Shown one piece after another: positions 45,161 through 55,158 of a stretch of DNA of 64,000 nt; within the stretch, counting starts at the first letter, position 1, and each line of letters opens with the position of its first letter. Origin of the DNA: a virus (Duplodnaviria > Caudoviricetes). The position numbers and the translations under genes are program-made. The notes under the pieces were generated by a model. It was not told the origin of the DNA. It did no database searches and saw only the letters and a list, made by a program, of their open reading frames with translations. The stretch lies in IMG/VR virus record IMGVR_UViG_3300025154_001556, one strand, 5' to 3'.

Positions 45161-46317
45161 TTATTTTTTATTTTACGTACATCTAAAAAAGGTGTTGTAA
45201 AATTCACAGTCATGCTATCTACTATTTTAGCCTTGGCTGCGGGGTTCTTATCCATATATTTTTCAATATCTGATTTATTTAAAGATACCATATTCAATAG
45301 ATACTCTTGTGGTACTATTTGTTTAACCGCGCTAATATCGTAAGTTGCTCTACTATTTTGTCTAACATAAACTTCTTTGTCGTCTACTTGTACATTTATA
45401 CCAGTAGTTTTTATACGATCCATAAGAAGTAAAGATAGTTCTTTCTCGCGCATTTCATATATTTTTTTCATCTTTTTAACTTGTTGCCACTCATCGACCA
45501 AAGCACTGTTATCTAAACGATACGCTTCTTGAAATTTGCCGTTCGAATTTGTATATGCCTCTTTATACGCATTACAATATTCTCTAAAATCACACCAAGG
45601 ACAAAATGTGTTTATTGTGGCTTTTACATCCTGCTCTTTCAAGGAAAGCATGGAATCGTACACTAATCTAAGATATTCAGAAAAAGCAGCCCGTTCTTCT
45701 GGTGTACGATAAGAATATAACATCTCATGTTTTAACAAGTCAAGGCTAACTATAATACGCTTTCCAGGCCACAATATACTGGCTACCAAATCATACATAG
45801 ACAACTGTTTGTCTGTTTTTAGTTGATCCGGTGTAGGTGCAGTTTTAGATGTTTTATAGTCCACAATTAGAATGGTGTCTTCATCTACCTGTAATACTTT
45901 ATCAATAGCGCCCAACAACGGCACACCTTCTTTGGTGATTACATCTACACCACCTTTATAACCAAAGGGAGTTTCTAAGCTTATTATTTTGTGCCCTTCA
46001 TGTATAAAATCATTTATTCTATTAGTTACTAATTCTATACCTGTTTGGTGTACGGAAAAATCATCAATTCCTTCTTTTACAGAGACTTCTTTAAACTTAT
46101 TAATAATAGTTTCTTTATCTTTTTTAGTGAACTTCTCTTTTTCCCGCCAGATATTTCCAGCCAACTCCAAGGCAATGTGAACAGCTGTACCTAATTTAAA
46201 TACCGGATTATCTATTTTAGGTAATTTATCATAATAGTTAAACCAGTATTTCTGCTTACATTGCAAAAAAGTACTTATGCGTGTAGCACTTATTTTAATG
46301 CCCTCATTATTTACCAT
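45157..46317 (-). CDS. PD-(D/E)XK nuclease (RecB/Cas4-like exonuclease)
   Basis: SATRISTFLQC, GAID, VDYKT, Q..Y and C..C. Confidence 0.85.
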   Translation of the reverse strand: MVNNEGIKISATRISTFLQCKQKYWFNYYDKLPKIDNPVFKLGTAVHIALELAGNIWREKEKFTKKDKETIINKFKEVSVKEGIDDFSVHQTGIELVTNRINDFIHEGHKIISLETPFGYKGGVDVITKEGVPLLGAIDKVLQVDEDTILIVDYKTSKTAPTPDQLKTDKQLSMYDLVASILWPGKRIIVSLDLLKHEMLYSYRTPEERAAFSEYLRLVYDSMLSLKEQDVKATINTFCPWCDFREYCNAYKEAYTNSNGKFQEAYRLDNSALVDEWQQVKKMKKIYEMREKELSLLLMDRIKTTGINVQVDDKEVYVRQNSRATYDISAVKQIVPQEYLLNMVSLNKSDIEKYMDKNPAAKAKIVDSMTVNFTTPFLDVRKIKNK

Positions 46318-46856
46318 TATACACCCCGAATTAAATGATTGTGAAGAGGATCTTCAATTTTATAAAAATAACCATACTCTTCCGTAAATCTAAATGCTTT
46401 AAGATTAAGTACTATATCAGTATAGCATATGACTTGTGCTAAGGCATCTACTATGTCATTATAGTGTTTATATTCCCAATGCTGTTCTAAAATATCCAGC
46501 ATAAAATTAAAAATCATTTCTTTCTTTTTAGCTTTATAGTAGGCTTTTACCGTATTGGTACTTATTATGTATGGTACTATATTAACCACCTCTTTACATG
46601 TAAGTTTAGCAACACCGGCAAATTCAGCAAGCACTTTTATAGTAGAAGCATTAAGTCCTACAAATATGTCTTCAATAACTATGTTTGTAGGTTTATACGT
46701 TTTTAATATTTTACACAATTCTGTTTTAAATGTCAACAATCTTTCTGTATTTTGCAATTTAGCGTTTGTTTTTATGACCCCAAAATATATACCTGTGTCC
46801 TGCAATACACACCAACCAGTGGAGGCGGCGGAAACATCCAAGCTTAGTATATTCAT
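46317..46856 (-). CDS. RuvC-like Holliday junction resolvase
   Basis: [16 protein letters not shown] and DIVDAL. Confidence 0.82.
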   Translation of the reverse strand: MNILSLDVSAASTGWCVLQDTGIYFGVIKTNAKLQNTERLLTFKTELCKILKTYKPTNIVIEDIFVGLNASTIKVLAEFAGVAKLTCKEVVNIVPYIISTNTVKAYYKAKKKEMIFNFMLDILEQHWEYKHYNDIVDALAQVICYTDIVLNLKAFRFTEEYGYFYKIEDPLHNHLIRGV

Positions 46857-47602
46857 ATAGATCTAAGAACCTCCTCTTGTTCTGCCGTCAGCGTTTCTTT
46901 GCTTGGCAGTTTCATCCGCAGCTGAATAAAGATATTGCCAGCAGGCCCTCCAAAAGTGCCTTTTGGTCCTTGCCCATATAATTTTACAATATCTTTATCT
47001 TTGGCGCCGGGTGGTACAACAAAAGGGATATCAACATTATCCACCATCGTCATACCAAGGCCATCACAAGTTACACATTGATCTTTAATAATTCTACCTT
47101 TACCACGGCAGTGATTACATGTAGTAGTTGAATGCATTCTCATACCTTGAGCTTCTTGTATTTTAGTTAAACGCCCAGCCCCATTACAAGGAGTACATGT
47201 AGCAAAACTAGCGGCCCCTGTACCATTACACGCAGGGCAAGGATCAGGGTAGGATACTTGTATGGATCTTTCCGCTCCTAATATAAAAGCATACAAGGGT
47301 ATATCAACGACATATCTTAAATCTTGCCCTTGTGTAGGCCTGTCTGGCTGAGGACGTGCGTTTCTAAACAGCATATCAAAAGCATTAGTATATCCATTAA
47401 GGGAATTGTCGTAATTACGTCGTTTATTTTCATCTGATAAAATCTCATAAGCTTCGTTTATACGCTTAAAATTTTCCTCTGCTGTGGGGTCATTTTGATT
47501 CTTATCAGGATGATGTAACTTAGCTAATTTACGGTAGGCTTTTTTAATTTCATCCGTAGTCGCTCCATTAGAAACACCTAATATTTTGTAATGATTAGAC
47601 AC
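46853..47602 (-). CDS. dnaJ: DnaJ-like co-chaperone
   Basis: J domain with HPD; four CxxCxGxG repeats. Confidence 0.9.
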   Translation of the reverse strand: MSNHYKILGVSNGATTDEIKKAYRKLAKLHHPDKNQNDPTAEENFKRINEAYEILSDENKRRNYDNSLNGYTNAFDMLFRNARPQPDRPTQGQDLRYVVDIPLYAFILGAERSIQVSYPDPCPACNGTGAASFATCTPCNGAGRLTKIQEAQGMRMHSTTTCNHCRGKGRIIKDQCVTCDGLGMTMVDNVDIPFVVPPGAKDKDIVKLYGQGPKGTFGGPAGNIFIQLRMKLPSKETLTAEQEEVLRSI

Positions 47603-47963
47603 CTGCTAATACCTCCCATTCAGTAGAGCAAACAGGACATTTATATTTATTTTCAGTCATTTTATAAGAAACAGAATTACATTTTACACAACGAGTTATA
47701 CAATCCGCCATGGTGTTGGTTGGGATATCTTCATCTAATCCTAAAAGGGTTTCAATACCTTCTATTGCCAGCATCATGTCTCTTAATTCGACATCAGCAA
47801 TAATGTCAACCTCATCTAAAAGAGTGTCGCCGCAATTACGCCAGAAACTACCACATTCCGGACATATATTGTAGTCAACAATAACAGTATCACCACATTT
47901 ACACGGATACTCCTCTTTAAAAAAAACTGTTTCTCCTGTATAATTGCATTTAACACAACTCAT
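47595..47963 (-). CDS. multi-Zn-finger hypothetical protein
   Basis: Several CxxC pairs. Confidence 0.6.
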   Translation of the reverse strand: MSCVKCNYTGETVFFKEEYPCKCGDTVIVDYNICPECGSFWRNCGDTLLDEVDIIADVELRDMMLAIEGIETLLGLDEDIPTNTMADCITRCVKCNSVSYKMTENKYKCPVCSTEWEVLAGV

Positions 47964-48358
47964 AATTGATCCCCTCCTGTAGGTGCTAACATACTGATAA
48001 TTTGCCCATAAATATCCACGGTGCTCTCATTAAATTTTAAAGCTATTGGCGCAAACAATTCACCTTCTTTTAGATCGGGATATTGTGCCGTAGCAAAAAG
48101 GACTTTTGATATCGCTGGTAGATACATAACAGCGTTTTTTTCATCCAATAAATTAAATTCCCCATCAGATTCAGAAAAAAAATCTGGTGCTAATTCATAA
48201 TAACTGCCTTTACGTGGTATGGTTATTTTATGCTTACCATAAACTTTGAAATAGTAATTTCTTGCCGGTAATAAAGCTATTGTAGGCGTACCCACTTGTT
48301 TTGATTCTACCGCCCAATCTACCAAAGATATGGGATCTACATCTAATCTATTTACCAT
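47960..48358 (-). CDS. hypothetical protein
   Basis: ORF track. Confidence 0.6.
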   Translation of the reverse strand: MVNRLDVDPISLVDWAVESKQVGTPTIALLPARNYYFKVYGKHKITIPRKGSYYELAPDFFSESDGEFNLLDEKNAVMYLPAISKVLFATAQYPDLKEGELFAPIALKFNESTVDIYGQIISMLAPTGGDQL

Positions 48359-48359
48359 A

Positions 48360-48689
48360 TTAATCTCCTTTTAATACTATAAAATTATCTACTATAACTT
48401 CTGTCCAATACTTCTTGTCAAAACCACCACAATGCCTACATTGTCCATTATAACTACTTTCTTCAATGTGACCATGTATCTTTACAAACGTTTTTGGCAC
48501 TACTTCATTTAAAGCCTCAGCCATGCTACCCCAAGCACAGATTTTTATATACTGATAACCTGGGCTATCCGCTGCTGGTAGTGCCAAAGAGGCTTTAAAC
48601 ATAAAGTTATTATTGTCTAATTCTTTAAAATTAGGTTTAGTTATCTTACCCACCAAACTAACAAAATTTTCCCCAATATAAGCATCCAT
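48360..48689 (-). CDS. ssb: single-stranded DNA-binding protein (OB fold)
   Basis: NFVSLVGKI...ICAWG..AE...KIHGHI...WTEVIVDNF. Confidence 0.75.
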   Translation of the reverse strand: MDAYIGENFVSLVGKITKPNFKELDNNNFMFKASLALPAADSPGYQYIKICAWGSMAEALNEVVPKTFVKIHGHIEESSYNGQCRHCGGFDKKYWTEVIVDNFIVLKGD

Positions 48690-49732
48690 TAAAATAACCC
48701 ATTTAAATAAGTGTGTACTTGTTCTTTTGTAAGATCTGATGGATCTAACCCTTTACCTTTTTCGTCAATTTCTGTTATAAATTGAGGGATGACTTTTATT
48801 TTACCATTTAAATCTTCACAGGCCTTAGAAGTACATAGAATACCCGCAGGGTCATTATCAAAAAATAACACGCAGCCTTGGTAAGCAAAAGACATAATAA
48901 GATTTAATTGACCAATAGTAACGCTAGATCCTATAACAGCGGCTACATTATGAATACCATACTCATACAGACGCCAAACACTTTTGAAACCTTCAACCAG
49001 TATTAAAGGTTTAATTAACAATAAATCTTTAATATTGTTTAAATTATATAAAACACTGTCCTTATCAAAGTCTGGTGTTAACCTATATTTTTTCTTATTG
49101 TCGCTAACGTCATCACGTATATCTCTAAGACTATAAGCTACAAGGTAACCATCAGAATCTCTGATAGGAATTATGTCTCTTATATACGGATCATTCTTAT
49201 CAGTATAGCCACCTGCTATTTCAAAATAATCCAATGTTTCTTGTTTAAAACCGTCTTTTATGAAACGATCAGATCTGAATTGTTTAAATTTTAATAAGTT
49301 ACTTTCGGATACAATAGCAGGCACATGTCTTTCTGGAAAAAAAGTTGCTGTGTGATCTTCTCGCTGCTTACGGTATTTATAAGCAACTATTTTAGTATCA
49401 AAGTCATCAATACCACCAACCATATTTTTTAAATACTCTACCGCGGCCATAAAATTACAGCCGTTGGTTGCTTTAATTAAGCCTATAATATCATTACCAT
49501 AAATATCATGACATTTATGACTAAAACATACCCAGGTACGTGTTTCCAGATTAAATCTAAAAGAAGTTTCATTGTCCCCACCATGGACTTTACAGGCACA
49601 GCGTAGCTCATGTCTATTTTTATTAAATACTTTAAATCCTAAATGTTCTAATAAAAATTGTGGATCAACTGTTGCTTTAATATACTGCAATTTATCTTTA
49701 AAACTATTTTCAAACGAGTGTGTCGTCGTCAT
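48689..49732 (-). CDS. DNA primase (CHC2 Zn finger plus TOPRIM)
   Basis: CACKVHGGD...VCF..C, LVEG and FFDND. Confidence 0.88.
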   Translation of the reverse strand: MTTTHSFENSFKDKLQYIKATVDPQFLLEHLGFKVFNKNRHELRCACKVHGGDNETSFRFNLETRTWVCFSHKCHDIYGNDIIGLIKATNGCNFMAAVEYLKNMVGGIDDFDTKIVAYKYRKQREDHTATFFPERHVPAIVSESNLLKFKQFRSDRFIKDGFKQETLDYFEIAGGYTDKNDPYIRDIIPIRDSDGYLVAYSLRDIRDDVSDNKKKYRLTPDFDKDSVLYNLNNIKDLLLIKPLILVEGFKSVWRLYEYGIHNVAAVIGSSVTIGQLNLIMSFAYQGCVLFFDNDPAGILCTSKACEDLNGKIKVIPQFITEIDEKGKGLDPSDLTKEQVHTYLNGLF

Positions 49733-51149
49733 TTATATTTCCTGTGGTGGTTGAACCAAAGTTAACTATATTTTTTGTGTAGTCTACTGGCTGCATAGGA
49801 GCTAAGGTCTCTGTAATTACAAGATTTTGTTTTTTAAAGAAGTATGTTATACCTTCATCAGGGGTGGCGCCGCCTCTTCGCGTATCTTTAATGACCAATT
49901 TAAAATTACCACGAGTTTTGTCTTCGCCAAATTCAATTTTTTCCTGTTCTAATATTTTTTGATCCCTCATGTCCCAATAGGCTACAATATCGGCGTAACG
50001 TGCTATTTTATCACTGTCTGCTATATCGGCAGCTCTGTTTAATTGCACTGCGGTTAACACTGGTATGTTAAGCTGCCCGGCCATATCCTTTAATTTGGTT
50101 GTTACATCACCAAGTATTTGATACTCTTTACGCTCCCCATTAACGCTTTTTAAGTCAGGTTCTTTTATGTAGTCAAAAATTGCCAGAGCTATATTGTGCT
50201 TTAATTTAAATTTTTTATATAAGGCTATAAGCTTATCAACGCTATACCCAGGCATGTATACATGAAATAATTTATTCTTTTCCATGATACGACCAGCTTT
50301 GTCCAATAACATGCCTTCCGAGTCATTCCAACTACCATGTTTTATTTTACGCTCTTCCACCCTTGAAAGCCCTGCTATATTACGTGTACGCCATTCTTCA
50401 AAAGATAACTCCGTGTCCACATATAAGACAGGTAATTTTAAAGTAAAAGCAACATATCTGGCTATGGCGGCTAAAAAAGCACTTTTACCCATCTTCTTTC
50501 TAGCCGCGATCACATGCAGAGCACCATTAGTTAAACCATCGATCTGTCTATCCAAAATGGGAAAGCCTGTACTTAAACCAGTTTGAGTTACAGGATTTTC
50601 TTTACGATCTGCTAGGAAATCTACCACACCTTCGGCTAAATCATGTGGTTCATTTAATGAAGGACCTGTTACTAAGTCTAAAATATCAGCCTCAATTTTA
50701 GCTACAAGATCTACAGCCAGAGAATTATTAGCCATCAGTAAATCGTTAGCATGACATACACTGCTATATAGTTTGTATTTACCGCTAGCGTCTAGAACTT
50801 TTTCTATATGCGCATTTAAATTCTGAGGATTTAAAGCCATACTATGTAACGCATATAAGTATTTACTACCACCAAGCATGTCTAATGCTTGATTATTTTT
50901 AGCACAATCAATGACAGCAGGAATATCAAAGGATTTTATATCCATACTACTAACCATATATCTTAATATAGTGTATAGGGTAGAATGTTCAGGACTAAGA
51001 AAATCTGTTTTATCTAAACGGGACTCTAATGTATATAAACAGTCTATGTTGTTCATAGCCAATGACAATAAAATGCGCTCATCCATATAAGAACAAAAAT
51101 GTTCTTTGGCGGCGTGTAAACTCATCATCTTTCCTTGCGTGTCTGCCAT
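49710..51149 (-). CDS. dnaB: replicative DNA helicase (DnaB-like)
   Basis: AARKKMGKS, DTE, FDYI and QLNR. Confidence 0.9.
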   Translation of the reverse strand: MADTQGKMMSLHAAKEHFCSYMDERILLSLAMNNIDCLYTLESRLDKTDFLSPEHSTLYTILRYMVSSMDIKSFDIPAVIDCAKNNQALDMLGGSKYLYALHSMALNPQNLNAHIEKVLDASGKYKLYSSVCHANDLLMANNSLAVDLVAKIEADILDLVTGPSLNEPHDLAEGVVDFLADRKENPVTQTGLSTGFPILDRQIDGLTNGALHVIAARKKMGKSAFLAAIARYVAFTLKLPVLYVDTELSFEEWRTRNIAGLSRVEERKIKHGSWNDSEGMLLDKAGRIMEKNKLFHVYMPGYSVDKLIALYKKFKLKHNIALAIFDYIKEPDLKSVNGERKEYQILGDVTTKLKDMAGQLNIPVLTAVQLNRAADIADSDKIARYADIVAYWDMRDQKILEQEKIEFGEDKTRGNFKLVIKDTRRGGATPDEGITYFFKKQNLVITETLAPMQPVDYTKNIVNFGSTTTGNINDDDTLV

Positions 51150-51580
51150 TGTTCGTTCTCCCGACGGGTTAGTTCTCTTTTGAATGAAGCTATTAATTCA
51201 GATATTGTTTTATCAACACCATCCAATAAAAATTCTTGATCTTTAAGATCATCCATTTCAACCTGTATTTTATATAAATTTTCGGTGTTATCTATTAAAT
51301 AAGCGGAGGCATCTTTCTTAGTCTTGTATTCTTTTATTAATTCCTTTGTTAAGAGCTGATTAATAGTGTTATCAATAAAACGCTGCTTTCGGCGAATCTC
51401 AACTTTATTTTCATTTAGTTTGCTTTTAAAATATATTAAGTATTGTGACAAAGCTATAACATATTGACTTAATATAAGACTATCAGTAATTTCTAAATTA
51501 CGTACATTATAGGCAAAAATACTATCTATAAAATCTTTATCTACATTAATATGGGTTGAGGCATTTAAATCTTTTTGCAT
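51125..51580 (-). CDS. coiled-coil hypothetical protein
   Basis: ORF track; heptad-like composition. Confidence 0.6.
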   Translation of the reverse strand: MQKDLNASTHINVDKDFIDSIFAYNVRNLEITDSLILSQYVIALSQYLIYFKSKLNENKVEIRRKQRFIDNTINQLLTKELIKEYKTKKDASAYLIDNTENLYKIQVEMDDLKDQEFLLDGVDKTISELIASFKRELTRRENEQWQTRKER

Positions 51581-51597
51581 AAAAGAATTATCCTAAG

Positions 51598-51861
51598 TTA
51601 TTTTGCAAGTTCATCTGGGTCCATTTCACCCATTTTATGATATATCCCTTGACATAGGTAATCAATAGAAGTTACTTTGCCTGATTTCAAATCTACTATC
51701 TCAGCTCGATCAGACTTCATACCAATTTGTCTACAATCAAAACTTTTATCACAGTATTTGGCATCCCCTGAACGACTACCGTCATCTAGAGGTACGAAGT
51801 CTTCACAGTCTTTACCACGTTTTAATGGATTTACATCTCCTGGGATTATAATATTACTCAT
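51598..51861 (-). CDS. hypothetical protein
   Basis: ORF track. Confidence 0.55.
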   Translation of the reverse strand: MSNIIIPGDVNPLKRGKDCEDFVPLDDGSRSGDAKYCDKSFDCRQIGMKSDRAEIVDLKSGKVTSIDYLCQGIYHKMGEMDPDELAK

Positions 51862-52223
51862 TTAGTTACCCCCTGCTGTGCTTTATATATACGTTGCATT
51901 ACTAACTCTTTTGTTATTTTATCCAGTTTATCATAAAAGTATACTAATGTCAAGGGCGGTGTGTTGGCTACGTACTCTAATTTAAGATTATCTCTACGCT
52001 TCTGCTCCCTAAACATTTCAACACTACCATGAAAATGGCGTATGTATTTAGTGTGCTGTGCGCCCTGAACTTCAAATAATATACTTAGTTTCCTTAAATA
52101 AAAATCAAAAAATAAGCGTGTTCCCTTATAATAGACATAATGTTCAGACACCACATCATCATAAGGGAACAATTGTTTGAGCACACTATGTACGTCGTCA
52201 GCTATTTTGCTCATAGTACACAT
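51858..52223 (-). CDS. small PD-(D/E)XK/DUF559-like endonuclease
   Basis: RLFFDFY...FEVQGAQH...RD..K. Confidence 0.7.
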   Translation of the reverse strand: MCTMSKIADDVHSVLKQLFPYDDVVSEHYVYYKGTRLFFDFYLRKLSILFEVQGAQHTKYIRHFHGSVEMFREQKRRDNLKLEYVANTPPLTLVYFYDKLDKITKELVMQRIYKAQQGVTK

Positions 52224-53238
52224 TTAACCCTAACGCAATTATAATGCAATCACGTATTTCATTAAACACAATTTCATTTTCTCTTAAAAAAGCCAAAGCA
52301 TTTATTTCACCTTGACCAATATTGTTGCCATTATACTTATACCATGCGCCGGCCCGTTCTAAAATACCTAAATCTAATGCTAAATTTAGACACTCCCAAT
52401 ATATGTCATAACCAACTCCATAGATTAAAGGAACCATTGCCTTTCTATAAGGCTTACCAAACTTATTCTTTTTTATTAAAAAAGAAGTGTGGTGACCTAT
52501 AACTTCCCCGGAGGCATCTTCTATACGAGATGATTTTGCTTCACCGCCAGAAACCTTTATTCTACCGGTGGCACTAAAATCTAATGCTACACCACCTGTT
52601 GTAGTCTCAGGATCACCGTATGCCCCGATCTTATTCCTAACTTGATTGATAAATATCAATAAAGTATCTGTTTCGCCGGCCAGGGGAACGAACTTGCGCA
52701 TGGCCTTACTCATAAGACGCGCTAATAAACCCATAAACTGATCTTCCATATCCGCGGTAGCCTCCGCTTTGGGTATTAGGGCAGAAACACTGTCTACCAC
52801 CGCTACGTCTATCTCACCGGTTCTAATTAGACTTTCTAAAACATCTAAATTTTCATCACCAGTAAAGGCCTCAACAACAATTAACTTATTTATGTCTACC
52901 CCCATAGCTTTAAATAGCTTAGGATCTGCTGCTCTTTCCGCGTCTACAAAACAACAAGTCATACCACGTTTTTGTGCCTGAGCAATTATGCTCATAGTCA
53001 AGGTAGTTTTGCCGCCCGACGGATGACCATAGACTTCATACACACGTCCTTTAACAAACCCGCCACAACCCAAAGCACTGTCTAAACCTAAACTACCGGT
53101 AGAAATTGTAGGGGGAGGGGCATCACTTTTTTCACCCATAGTTGTTATTACATCACCATATTTTTTCTGTATAGCTTTTCTAGCTACGTCTAAGGAACTT
53201 GGTGTTTTTTCCTCTACAACTGCTTTTTTACTTGCCAT
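52198..53238 (-). CDS. recA: RecA recombinase
   Basis: GHPSGGKTT, VDAE, DSVSALIP, FINQVR and TTGG. Confidence 0.95.
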   Translation of the reverse strand: MASKKAVVEEKTPSSLDVARKAIQKKYGDVITTMGEKSDAPPPTISTGSLGLDSALGCGGFVKGRVYEVYGHPSGGKTTLTMSIIAQAQKRGMTCCFVDAERAADPKLFKAMGVDINKLIVVEAFTGDENLDVLESLIRTGEIDVAVVDSVSALIPKAEATADMEDQFMGLLARLMSKAMRKFVPLAGETDTLLIFINQVRNKIGAYGDPETTTGGVALDFSATGRIKVSGGEAKSSRIEDASGEVIGHHTSFLIKKNKFGKPYRKAMVPLIYGVGYDIYWECLNLALDLGILERAGAWYKYNGNNIGQGEINALAFLRENEIVFNEIRDCIIIALGLNVYYEQNS

Positions 53239-53250
53239 AAATATATCTCC

Positions 53251-53838
53251 TTAATCAGCATCAGCCAATAAAGCATCCAGATCTAATAAACCGCTGCCTT
53301 GTTCATAAGAATTACCAACAGAATCTACTAAACGCATGTACTCATCAGCACTTGTTTTCATTACTTTGTTGTTTATAATACCAAGCACTTTATCTATAAT
53401 CCATGAACATTTTGCATTATCAAAAATTGATACGCTTGGTGGGGTTTTGAAATTAAACTCATTTAGATTATCAAAAAGAACTTCTATTATTAGAGCGCAC
53501 TCTTGTTTAGCAGCTTTAAGACTTAAACCTGTTGTTTTCATGCGTTTATTAATAAAATTCTTTATAGGTCCAGCTATATGTCTATCATTTCTATAATATA
53601 CAAACTCTGGACCATAGTGTATAGCTACCAGATTATTAAAATATTGCAGTAAATCTTTGTAAGTACTAATTTTTAAGTCTTTTTTTAACTCTGGTGATGC
53701 TACTTTATACCCATTAGCACGGAGCAGCGCAATGCAACAGTTCAATATTTTGTCTAGCTTAATTTCAGTTGATGATAAAAAATCATTTTGAGCATAGTCA
53801 ATTAAAGAATTATTTAGATTATTAAGTAGCTCGTCCAT
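53251..53838 (-). CDS. hypothetical protein
   Basis: ORF track. Confidence 0.65.
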   Translation of the reverse strand: MDELLNNLNNSLIDYAQNDFLSSTEIKLDKILNCCIALLRANGYKVASPELKKDLKISTYKDLLQYFNNLVAIHYGPEFVYYRNDRHIAGPIKNFINKRMKTTGLSLKAAKQECALIIEVLFDNLNEFNFKTPPSVSIFDNAKCSWIIDKVLGIINNKVMKTSADEYMRLVDSVGNSYEQGSGLLDLDALLADAD

Positions 53839-53840
53839 AA

Positions 53841-54977
53841 TTAAGTCCTTTTTTCTATATAAGTAACTAAGGATTTCTGATCCCCAAAAGTACCGCCATC
53901 TATAATTAACGACCCCTTAGCATTTGAAAATTTTAGCAGCAACTTATCATCATTTATAGCATCTATGGTTTGTGCTATAAACACACCATTTAAATCTATT
54001 GATAAATTAGCGTCTACCTCTAATTCTTCTGCGCAAACAAAATTGGCGTAGTCATTATATAAAGTTAATTTATGATCATTAATATCTAAGGTTAACCTGT
54101 TGTGATCTTCAGCATTTAAGATTCCCATGAAAGGTCGTAAACTATTCATGAGAACTTCTTTATTTATAAGCAATGTATGGTTAAATTTTGCAAATTCTTT
54201 TTCATATATTGGATAATCGTGTCCTATTATTAGTTTGCCCCAATATGTTATGTTATCGAACTTAGTTGCTATTTTACCATCATTAATTGCAAAAGCTATA
54301 TGTGTTTCTTCTGAAAGAAGGCGTCTGATGCCCATAATATAATCATGGCTTATTATATAAGTGCCTTCTGAAATTTTAGTTGTGTTATCAGTTATATATT
54401 CTGACAATCGCATACCATCTGTACCAGCAAAAGCAATTTTATTGTCGCTGAATGTAAGGCACATACCACGTAAAGGTATTCTGCTTTCTGCGGGATTTAT
54501 TGAGTACAATACTTTACCAATTGCTGTTTTTAGCATATTAGAATTTAGTGTAAAAGTTGCATCGTTAAATGCCGCTGGTTTAGCAATTGTATATGTTTGA
54601 AACGTATCAAATTTGATTCTACCAGAGGAGGCCTTACCACCGATGTGTACAGTCTTAACTTTGACAATTAAGTCAGACCCGGTTAATTTAAATTGAAAAC
54701 CTTTTGTTCCTGTTTCACCGTCCCATGAAATAAAAGGGTTTATAGAAGACTTCAATTTACTATAAAGAAGTGCTACCGATCCTTCTTCCATGATGTCTAC
54801 TTTCTCGGCGACAATAGTTAGTGACGTGGACGGGCCGACCACTGTGAATAAAACACCCTCAGACTTTGACACTTCCACTAAAATCCTTCCAGAGTTATCA
54901 GTGGCGTTTGCTTTTGCAGATACACCTAATTGGTTAACTATCTTTTGTAGTTCCTGTGTTTCAATAAAAAATTCCAT
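53841..54977 (-). CDS. dnaN: DNA polymerase III beta-type sliding clamp
   Basis: 378 aa; LRGM...AGTDGMRLS, YP and LN..F..Q; first gene after strong promoters. Confidence 0.85.
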   Translation of the reverse strand: MEFFIETQELQKIVNQLGVSAKANATDNSGRILVEVSKSEGVLFTVVGPSTSLTIVAEKVDIMEEGSVALLYSKLKSSINPFISWDGETGTKGFQFKLTGSDLIVKVKTVHIGGKASSGRIKFDTFQTYTIAKPAAFNDATFTLNSNMLKTAIGKVLYSINPAESRIPLRGMCLTFSDNKIAFAGTDGMRLSEYITDNTTKISEGTYIISHDYIMGIRRLLSEETHIAFAINDGKIATKFDNITYWGKLIIGHDYPIYEKEFAKFNHTLLINKEVLMNSLRPFMGILNAEDHNRLTLDINDHKLTLYNDYANFVCAEELEVDANLSIDLNGVFIAQTIDAINDDKLLLKFSNAKGSLIIDGGTFGDQKSLVTYIEKRT

Positions 54978-55034
54978 AACTTCTCCTTTAATTCTATTGT
55001 TTAATTCTTGTTACCCCATAATTATAGTAATGAC

Positions 55035-55063
55035 ACTATAACAATTAAAACCGTCATTGTCAA
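55035..55063 (-). promoter_or_regulatory. sigma70-type promoter of the replication block; a second candidate lies at 55101..55129
   Basis: TTGACA-N17-TATAGT; upstream TTGACA-N17-TATATT. Confidence 0.72.
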
Positions 55064-55158
55064 CAAAAATAATTTTTAGTTTTAGGTATTAATTATTGTA
55101 AATATACCACTATTATTATTTTATGTCAATAATTTTATATAAAGTAATTAATGTGCTG

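Noticed and set aside
45157-46317. Cas4 or a CRISPR-Cas system
   Set aside because: No cas1, cas2 or array nearby; the replication/recombination context fits a phage RecB-like exonuclease.
26720-51149. Inteins or introns in nrdJ, polA, dnaB or primase
   Set aside because: Lengths and motif spacing look normal, and no C...HN/(C,S,T) blocks or intron cores were found.
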